A stretch of DNA of 64,000 bases from an uncultured virus (IMG/VR IMGVR_UViG_3300008267_000234) (Duplodnaviria > Heunggongvirae > Uroviricota > Caudoviricetes), in the IMG/VR virus record IMGVR_UViG_3300008267_000234. One strand, written 5' to 3'. The notes under the pieces are model-generated. The model made no database searches. It was not told where the DNA came from and saw nothing but the letters and a program-made list of their open reading frames with translations. Every line of letters starts with the position of its first letter. The first letter of the stretch is position 1. Made by a program: the position numbers and the translations under genes. Of the stretch, positions 57,707 through 64,000 are shown piece by piece.

Positions 57707-59068
57707 TTAGAATCTGTTTTTTGATTTAGGTTGATACTTTTCCTTCGGCTTACTCGGCTGACGGTCATCGGAATCCTCAAATCGCTGAAGCGGCCCGTTT
57801 CGGAACACGCGGAACGATACGTTGTTTCTTCCGTATCGGTTCTTGCAAACTTTGATCTTGCCATAATCCCCGGACTCCATCTGCCCGTCTTCTCCCTCCA
57901 CTTCGTCCATCTCAATACGGAAGAACACTTGTGGACTGTCGAGAATAGAACGGGCATTGCGGATCAGCCCGTCATCATTGAGCTGAACCGGAGCGATAAG
58001 AGTGCAACCCAAGTCCTTACGTATCCGTTCCAATGAGTCGGACAGATTCTTGAGCTGGATGTCTTCGCGTTCCTTCCCGGTGTTGTGGAGCGGAACAAGC
58101 TGGAGGTAATCGACAACCATGAAATCCAGAGGTTTAACCCGGTGCAGGGCGCGGGCATGGGCGGCAATCGTCTCCATGGTCACGAACGGATCTTCGATAA
58201 AGTGGACATCCCATTTATCGGCAATCATGTTCAGCCCTCGGGTAAGGGTCTGGACGGTGTGCGCTCCTTCCAATGGAGTTCTGCCCATCACCTGATTCAG
58301 TGGAATGCCTGTCTCTCTGGCGAGATCCCGCATGAGCATCTGGATTGCGGACATTTCGTAGCCCACAATCAATCCCCTGCGCCCATCTACCGCCAGCTTC
58401 CCAGCAAGCTGCATGGCGAGAAGGGTCTTCCCGTGCCCCTGCCTGCCGCCGATCAGGATGTACTCCCGGCGAATCCCTCCGACAAGAACTTCGTCCATCT
58501 CCGCAATCCCTGTCGAAACAGCCGGATCAAGGTTCTGCTCCAGTCCTGATTCAAAGGAGTCGATGTAGCTCATCACCACGTCTTTCACCGGGATCAGTAC
58601 GTTCTTTTCGGAATCGCACAGAATTGCGTCCAGACGGCGGACAACCTCCATAGCGCGACTGGTACACTCGGGGCCACCTTCAAGCGCAACACGGGTCAAT
58701 TCTGAGCCAATGGAGGCTATCTGGCGGTTCTTGCTCGCAGCCTTGATGTCTTTTGCGTACCCTTTGGCAAAAGATGGAGACGGGGCGAGACTGTAAATCT
58801 CCGTCATCTTTCCCATCCCGCCGATGTCCTCCAGCACCCGGAGATTCATCAGCGCCGAGCAGATCGAAACCAAGTCCACTGCATCGCCTGAGCCATGGCG
58901 CTTCACGATGACGTCGAACAGTATCCCGCAATGAGCCTCCGCAAAGTCCGATGGCTTCAGTACGCCAGCCGCAAAGTCCACGACCTGCTCCGGTGCCTGC
59001 ATCATGCAGGAAATCAGCGCACCTTCCATCTCTGCCGTCGCAGACTTTGTGTGTTCGGATTCTGTCAT
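57707..59068 (-). CDS. dnaB: Replicative DnaB-like helicase
   Basis: DnaB N-domain, Walker A GGRQGHGKT, YEMS, VVDYLQL, QLN, KNRYG. Confidence 0.93.
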   Translation of the reverse strand: MTESEHTKSATAEMEGALISCMMQAPEQVVDFAAGVLKPSDFAEAHCGILFDVIVKRHGSGDAVDLVSICSALMNLRVLEDIGGMGKMTEIYSLAPSPSFAKGYAKDIKAASKNRQIASIGSELTRVALEGGPECTSRAMEVVRRLDAILCDSEKNVLIPVKDVVMSYIDSFESGLEQNLDPAVSTGIAEMDEVLVGGIRREYILIGGRQGHGKTLLAMQLAGKLAVDGRRGLIVGYEMSAIQMLMRDLARETGIPLNQVMGRTPLEGAHTVQTLTRGLNMIADKWDVHFIEDPFVTMETIAAHARALHRVKPLDFMVVDYLQLVPLHNTGKEREDIQLKNLSDSLERIRKDLGCTLIAPVQLNDDGLIRNARSILDSPQVFFRIEMDEVEGEDGQMESGDYGKIKVCKNRYGRNNVSFRVFRNGPLQRFEDSDDRQPSKPKEKYQPKSKNRF

Positions 59069-59970
59069 TAGATTGATTTCTTGAAGCCTCCCCGTTTCTG
59101 CTGCTCATCGCGGCGTTTCGCCTCAGCCAAGTTGTCCAGCTCAGAAATCACCCGGTTCCAGTGCAGACAGAGGAACGTAGGATCGCAAGCCTGCTTCGAC
59201 AGCGAGGCAAACTGGAGCGTACTGGCACCGAGGACTTCGTCGTAGATCCGCAGGAAATCTTCGGCAGAGGCATCGCAGTTCTGAAGGAATTTCTCCAAGG
59301 CTTTCGGGAATCTTGGAGGAAACATGAACGCATCCGACTTCCGACCATTCCAGACTCCTTTGATCTGGCTGGTGATTTCGTGATGCCGTTGATCCTGCTC
59401 CTTGGCTGGCTTGGATTTCTTGCTGGATTTTTCTGGCTGGGATTCAAGTTCCATATCGGTATCTAGTTCGTTGTTGGCTGGTTCGTTCAGTCGAGACTCA
59501 AAAGCAATCTCCGCGAGTGCGGCGTGAGCCGGAGGCGAAAGAGCAATCGTGTGCATTGGTTCTTTTTCTGGTTCTTTTCTGATTCCTTCTGATTTGGGTG
59601 TCAATTTGGGGGAGACCCCCCTGTCTATTTGTACCAGGGGGGGTGGTACAATCTGACAGGGGGGAGTGGTACAATTTGGGGGAGGGTCCAATTCGTCACC
59701 ACCAGATCCAAGCGGAGTTTTTGGGTGCAATCGGTACATCGGAGTAGTCCCTGGGCGGGCAATCTGGGTGATGTGTCCAGCCCTTTTTAGCTCCCGAATC
59801 GCACGCCTCACGGCACGCTCCTCCAAGCAGGTTTCGGCACACAGGACCGCAACTGATGGATCGCATCTACCTGTCGTTTCGTTCAGGTGATCCGCCAGCA
59901 TCAAGCCAACGAACTTCGCGGAGGATGGAGCTTCGATGAGCTTGAATCGCTGCATCATCTGGATGCTCAC
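59068..59970 (-). CDS. Phage replication initiator (N-terminal winged HTH)
   Basis: LADH....G.CDPS...L..ETCL.ER.VRRA..EL...G; directly upstream of helicase. Confidence 0.8.
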   Translation of the reverse strand: MSIQMMQRFKLIEAPSSAKFVGLMLADHLNETTGRCDPSVAVLCAETCLEERAVRRAIRELKRAGHITQIARPGTTPMYRLHPKTPLGSGGDELDPPPNCTTPPCQIVPPPLVQIDRGVSPKLTPKSEGIRKEPEKEPMHTIALSPPAHAALAEIAFESRLNEPANNELDTDMELESQPEKSSKKSKPAKEQDQRHHEITSQIKGVWNGRKSDAFMFPPRFPKALEKFLQNCDASAEDFLRIYDEVLGASTLQFASLSKQACDPTFLCLHWNRVISELDNLAEAKRRDEQQKRGGFKKSI

Positions 59971-60539
59971 GTAGCTTGGCCCTCTCTGTAAAATCCACCA
60001 AACGCCTCTTTTGCTGCCTGTTCGTATGTCCTAGACGCCAATTCAACATCATCAAAATACCCAAGAGCAAACTTCCTGCCGTTTATTGTAATTTGAGCGC
60101 ACCATTTCCCAACTTGCTTTGCATAAAAAACGCCTTTCCTTCCGCTCGTATTATTGCTCGGTTTTCCTCGGTTCCTTTGATTATCAGTATGCGTTGCAAG
60201 CCTAAGATTCTCAGGCCGATTATTCAACCCATTATTATCAATATGATCTACTTCAAACCCAATAGGATCAATCCCGGTTGATAAAAAATACACAATACGG
60301 TGATTCCTATACATGCGACCGTTTATCATAAGTATGAAATACTTATCGGTTTCATTGTTTTCCTTTAGGCATCCAGCCTCCTTAGTTGAGAAATTTCCAT
60401 TAAATATCTTCTGTCCGCGTTTGTTTTTGAAATGATGCTCTGGTCTTGCCTTCCAGCGCAGCCCGGTGCTGCTGGTTAAGTCGATTTCCAAAGATTCTAG
60501 GATCAAATCAACCGGAAGCGGAGTTGCTTTCTTGCTCAT
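59967..60539 (-). CDS. HNH endonuclease with AP2 domain
   Basis: HRIV, VDHIDNNGLNNRPENLR, NTSG.KGV, LGYF; AT-richer than neighbours; start ATG 60539. Confidence 0.92.
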   Translation of the reverse strand: MSKKATPLPVDLILESLEIDLTSSTGLRWKARPEHHFKNKRGQKIFNGNFSTKEAGCLKENNETDKYFILMINGRMYRNHRIVYFLSTGIDPIGFEVDHIDNNGLNNRPENLRLATHTDNQRNRGKPSNNTSGRKGVFYAKQVGKWCAQITINGRKFALGYFDDVELASRTYEQAAKEAFGGFYREGQAT

Positions 60540-60551
60540 GGTTCTGGCAAA

Positions 60552-60704
60552 TAAAAGAGCCTTTCCCGGATACTGGTAGAAGTCGCCCCGTGACAGGCGG
60601 CAGTATCCAAGGAAAGGCAGATTGGTCGTCATGGAATGAACAGGACTTCTACATCCCGGCGCAGTTGCACAGCAGACGATATGCTCGTCTTTCTTAAAGG
60701 TCAA
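60552..60704 (-). promoter_or_regulatory. Promoter plus attenuator-type leader of the replication operon
   Basis: TTGACC-17-TATCGT; GTAGAAGTC (60644-60652) complementary to GACTTCTAC (60576-60584) in long hairpin followed by TCTTTTATTT. Confidence 0.7.
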
Positions 60705-60856
60705 GGCGGGGAATCGTCGCCATCTGAAGCCTCCGGCTCGTTCACCTCAACGGTTCTGCCCCACCAAACATCATTGCTGAATGTGACAAGATCCGCCCAG
60801 ATTGATTTCCGCACAGGCTCCGTATTTGTGGATTCCGGTATTTCTTCTTCAGCCAT
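60701..60856 (-). CDS. Small acidic protein (51 aa)
   Basis: Read by hand: MAEEEIPEST... Confidence 0.45.
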   Translation of the reverse strand: MAEEEIPESTNTEPVRKSIWADLVTFSNDVWWGRTVEVNEPEASDGDDSPP

Positions 60857-60883
60857 TGCTCTCAAAAGCGACGTGTGAAAATC

Positions 60884-61486
60884 TCATCTCAAAAACGGGG
60901 CGATCTGCTCAACCGGATACCGCCGCTTCCCGCTGGCATCCAGCAGCGTCACAATCCATCCACGGACGGGATCAAAGACACCCGCTGGTCTGTGAGCGTA
61001 GCGTCCATTGAAAGCGTTGTACGCATTCATGGTCACGAAATGCTCCCTCGGTCGCTCCTTCCAAACGATTCCACTCCTGGATTCAGGCGAAAGCCGATAC
61101 TGATCCCGGATGGACTGAATCTGCGCTTCGGACAATCGCAGTGACGACCTTGGCCTGATTGCGGCAAACGGACGCGGCTTGCGCTTACTGCGCTCTGCCT
61201 TGATCTGGTTCTCGGTGACGAGGTTTTTGAAGTCCCAGTTCATCCCGTTGCCGTCGAGGTAGTGGATTTTTGAATCCGGCAGCTTTCCTGTATTCAACAG
61301 CCACACAATATCGCCCATCTCGTAAGAGTGATTCTCCCATTTGAGAATGTATTTGTTCCATTGGAAGCTCCCAGCCATCCCGCCAATCGGCTTCCGGGGG
61401 GTGTTGATCTTCCATCGCATGACTTGGTGCTTGGCGTCGTATTCCCAGATGCGCTTTACCGTCTCAACTGTGAGTGTTCGTTTCAT
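60884..61486 (-). CDS. Degenerate HNH-derived protein with duplicated N-terminal-type domain
   Basis: IHYLDGNGMNWDFKNL in place of DH.DG..LNN..NL; second module SGIVWKERPREHF...FNGRYA.RPAG. Confidence 0.7.
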   Translation of the reverse strand: MKRTLTVETVKRIWEYDAKHQVMRWKINTPRKPIGGMAGSFQWNKYILKWENHSYEMGDIVWLLNTGKLPDSKIHYLDGNGMNWDFKNLVTENQIKAERSKRKPRPFAAIRPRSSLRLSEAQIQSIRDQYRLSPESRSGIVWKERPREHFVTMNAYNAFNGRYAHRPAGVFDPVRGWIVTLLDASGKRRYPVEQIAPFLR

Positions 61487-62103
61487 CAGTATCCAAAGGC
61501 GGCGATAGTTCTCTCGAAAGGCTTACCGGGTAGGCTCTTTACCAGTTCCAGCATCTGCTCGGCAAGCTCCCGGATCTCCCGCTGGGCGTTCGGCTTCATA
61601 CGGAGACCTAGGAAATGAGCGAAACTCCTGAAGTTGAACGAGACATCCAGCGTGATCTGGTTGCTGTATCCCAAGAAAAACCGCGACGACTCTTTCGCTC
61701 TCGCTCGTCCAAGGATCGGAGTCAGCTCTTTCAGCGCATCCTTATATTCTTGGACGCAATTCTCATGGTGACGACGCAGGCGTTCTTGCAGTAGCTCCGG
61801 CCAATCGCTCGGGATCAACGCAGTCGGAGCGCCAAGCTCTTTGTAGCGGGCGGATTCCCCGTTCGCACCAGTTCCCGCACGGTGCTTCAATATATGTATG
61901 TGAGTAGCCGTATCCACACGCACAAGAAAGTGCAACATACTTCTCTCGTAGGGCGAGTGATGTCCGGCAGTTGCCAGCATCTTCAGTAGATCACCGATCC
62001 GCGCACGCTTACCCTCGTCAATGTCCCGGCTGGTAGATGTCCATGCCGCCAGTGCATGAGTCTCGTCGCCACCGTAGTATCCAATCAATTCAACCGTATT
62101 CAT
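61486..62103 (-). CDS. thyX: Flavin-dependent thymidylate synthase
   Basis: GHHSPYE, KHR-x7-SARY, NFRSF.HFL.LR, AQ.EIR. Confidence 0.93.
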   Translation of the reverse strand: MNTVELIGYYGGDETHALAAWTSTSRDIDEGKRARIGDLLKMLATAGHHSPYERSMLHFLVRVDTATHIHILKHRAGTGANGESARYKELGAPTALIPSDWPELLQERLRRHHENCVQEYKDALKELTPILGRARAKESSRFFLGYSNQITLDVSFNFRSFAHFLGLRMKPNAQREIRELAEQMLELVKSLPGKPFERTIAAFGY

Positions 62104-62312
62104 TATTCGTTTTTGATAAAGGCTATCCCGCCGCAGTTCGCGCAGTCGTCCCGGAAAAACTCCCCTTGGAAGTCAGGTCCGACTTCGTATCCGTTTTCAT
62201 CATAGCGAAGATACTCAATCCCGTCGTCATCACAAAGCGGACACTTCCGGTACGTCGTCTTCCCTGTGATGATATTGCGGATCTCTTCTGCGGTGAGTTC
62301 GATGTACTTCAT
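62103..62312 (-). CDS. Zn-finger small protein
   Basis: CPLCDDDG ... CANCGG. Confidence 0.7.
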   Translation of the reverse strand: MKYIELTAEEIRNIITGKTTYRKCPLCDDDGIEYLRYDENGYEVGPDFQGEFFRDDCANCGGIAFIKNE

Positions 62313-62387
62313 ACGTCCAGTGCTTCGATGATCTTGTCGGCTTCATCCTCGGTCCATGCGGTGCCAATCAGTTCATCCACCATGTCT

Positions 62388-62990
62388 TCAACGGTGACTT
62401 CGACGATCTTTGATACGACGAGCAGGGCATCTGCGATTTTCTGTGCTTGTGCTTTTTTCATTGTTTATGTGTTTTGTTCTACCAAAATGTGCGATCAAGG
62501 CGGCATCAATTAGACCATCATGCGGCTCATCTGACTTGGAATTCAACCTTGGGAACACGTAGTCCGGCCAAAGTTCCGCTGCCAGTTTTGCAGCCCGAGG
62601 CTTAGTCTCGCCCTCTTTGAAGTTCCCAAGCAAGGCTCTCTGCCAGCCATCCAATCGGTTCCCGCATTTAATGGGATGGACGTTCTTCTTCCCGAAACCA
62701 AGGTAAAGAACGCAGTACAGAATCCCGAACGTCGTTGCGTAAGACCTCATCGTGTTCAGGCTATTCATGTGGTCCGGCACATCCTCAAGCCCAACCCATG
62801 CTTCATGCGTTGAAAGGATGTGGCTTTCACAGATAACCCGTGTCAACTCATGCGGGCAGATGGCATTCCTTCCCGCGATCTTGTTCCGCGCAAACGTGTG
62901 CGCCTCCAGAATCTCACCAGTGCTTTCAGCAATAGCAACCAGACCTCCGTCCAGCCCACCGTCAACTCCGATGTAGATTCTTGGTATCAT
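62388..62990 (-). CDS. RuvC-like Holliday junction resolvase
   Basis: IGVDGG..GG, LE, W, HDG..DAALIA. Confidence 0.8.
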   Translation of the reverse strand: MIPRIYIGVDGGLDGGLVAIAESTGEILEAHTFARNKIAGRNAICPHELTRVICESHILSTHEAWVGLEDVPDHMNSLNTMRSYATTFGILYCVLYLGFGKKNVHPIKCGNRLDGWQRALLGNFKEGETKPRAAKLAAELWPDYVFPRLNSKSDEPHDGLIDAALIAHFGRTKHINNEKSTSTENRRCPARRIKDRRSHR

Positions 62991-63280
62991 TCAGGCAGGA
63001 CTTCAACCCATTCCGTGACAGTGTAGCCAGCCGCTTTCCATTTTTTCGCCGTATCAGATGAATCCGTTTCCGCCTTCGTGTATTCAACTTGCCACATCCG
63101 CCGCGGCTCCGGCTTGACTCGCCAGCGGGTGAGGTCGCTTTGCATGTCGGGACCTGATGTCGATCCGTTGTCAACCCAGCCGACTACTTTGGTGTCGTAC
63201 TCAAGGATTTTCCCGTTCGCCTTGGCGACGTAGAGCGCCGCGAGTTCGGATGCTTTGGTTCTGATTTCTTCTGAATTCAT
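62987..63280 (-). CDS. Hypothetical protein (97 aa)
   Basis: A.GK..EY...W....P...WRVKPEP pattern. Confidence 0.7.
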   Translation of the reverse strand: MNSEEIRTKASELAALYVAKANGKILEYDTKVVGWVDNGSTSGPDMQSDLTRWRVKPEPRRMWQVEYTKAETDSSDTAKKWKAAGYTVTEWVEVLPE

Positions 63281-63948
63281 TTGTTCGATTTGTAGTATGG
63301 TTGGTTCTCAATCGCAAGCACCGCATCCACGTATTCGCCACCGAATGTTCTCAGTGCCGCTTCAAATCTGGCAGCGATAGCCCAAGCGTTGTACCTTTTG
63401 CTCTCATTCTTAGTGCCTGGTTTCTTACTCTTGGCGCATTCTGACCTGCAATGCTTCGTAGTCGGTGAGTTCCGAAAGACGTATGCGTTGTCCGGCCTGA
63501 CCTTCTTCGCCCTCGCCACACGCAGGATTTCGCTGGAGTCCTGGGTGAGATTATCCTTCCAGAGACCGTCCGTTTTGTCGATCCGATACACCTGCTTCTC
63601 GGGCCACTCTCCGTAATGCCAGAGCCATGCCAGTTTCAGATATGCAACGCGCCGCCGCTTATGATCCTCGTCATAGTAGTACAGGTATCGGTCCTTGACC
63701 TTGGCGTTGATGAAACTCCCGGCGACCGCTCCCTTTTTGCACCCACAGAAGTCGATCTTCCAGTGAAACGTGTTGCTGCCAGCATCCAGCGTGAGCCAGT
63801 CCCTGATCTTCCGCTTCAGACTATCCTTGGTGATCGTTTCCCAGCCCGCAGCCAGTCGGCGCTCAACCTTACGGATGCGGACGGGCTTCGGCTTCGGGAA
63901 GATGTTCTTCAGGCGAATGTTGCGTTTATTCCCATCCTTATACGCCAT
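63277..63948 (-). CDS. Degenerate HNH-like protein
   Basis: WK....G.VAGS...LAWLWHYGEWP...YRIDKTDGLWKDNL without catalytic H/N. Confidence 0.65.
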   Translation of the reverse strand: MAYKDGNKRNIRLKNIFPKPKPVRIRKVERRLAAGWETITKDSLKRKIRDWLTLDAGSNTFHWKIDFCGCKKGAVAGSFINAKVKDRYLYYYDEDHKRRRVAYLKLAWLWHYGEWPEKQVYRIDKTDGLWKDNLTQDSSEILRVARAKKVRPDNAYVFRNSPTTKHCRSECAKSKKPGTKNESKRYNAWAIAARFEAALRTFGGEYVDAVLAIENQPYYKSNK

Positions 63949-64000
63949 CTCCCATTCCGGGAGAACGCCATGCTTCCAGTACCAGACAACGGCTGCGGCT

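Larger units (their letters stand above)
1..64000. mobile_element. Tailed dsDNA bacteriophage genome segment, probably podovirus-like
   Basis: Terminase-portal-scaffold-capsid-tail gene order, DnaB/ThyX/RuvC-like/HNH genes, dense small overlapping ORFs, no host housekeeping genes, no integrase seen. Confidence 0.97.

Overview
The whole window is part of a tailed dsDNA phage genome, probably podovirus-like: no tape-measure or sheath gene, and a 4482-aa injected protein after the tail genes. The host is most plausibly Verrucomicrobia/PVC-like, inferred from two PEP-CTERM genes and genes that mostly lack Shine-Dalgarno sites. Layout: divergent small early genes around a 12-bp tandem repeat (1-3.5 kb); a non-coding, strand-skewed putative genome-end region (3.5-4.5 kb); a long minus-strand run of small accessory genes (C5 methyltransferase-like, RNA ligase, an atypical tRNA, mini PEP-CTERM proteins; 4.6-16.9 kb); endolysin, HTH and HNH genes (17-19.8 kb); a plus-strand virion module (terminase, portal, scaffold, capsid, tail, giant polyvalent protein; 20.5-52.8 kb); and a minus-strand replication module (DUF3127 SSB-like, DnaB, initiator, HNHs, ThyX, RuvC-like; 55.3-64 kb). 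The most striking unexplained signal is a pair of diverged ~400-nt non-coding elements (about 19.9-20.3 kb and 54.8-55.2 kb). They share a 20-nt identical core and several fully covarying helices and pseudoknots, and each lies behind a promoter and attenuator-type leader: a candidate large structured RNA family. Also notable: a genome-wide TACGY-N4-RCGTA operator, a tRNA with an expanded anticodon loop, a peptide resembling the ribonucleotide reductase C-terminal tail, ART-like cassettes in the giant protein, and two apparent microhomology deletions. All family assignments are by-eye motif recognition; no searches were run.
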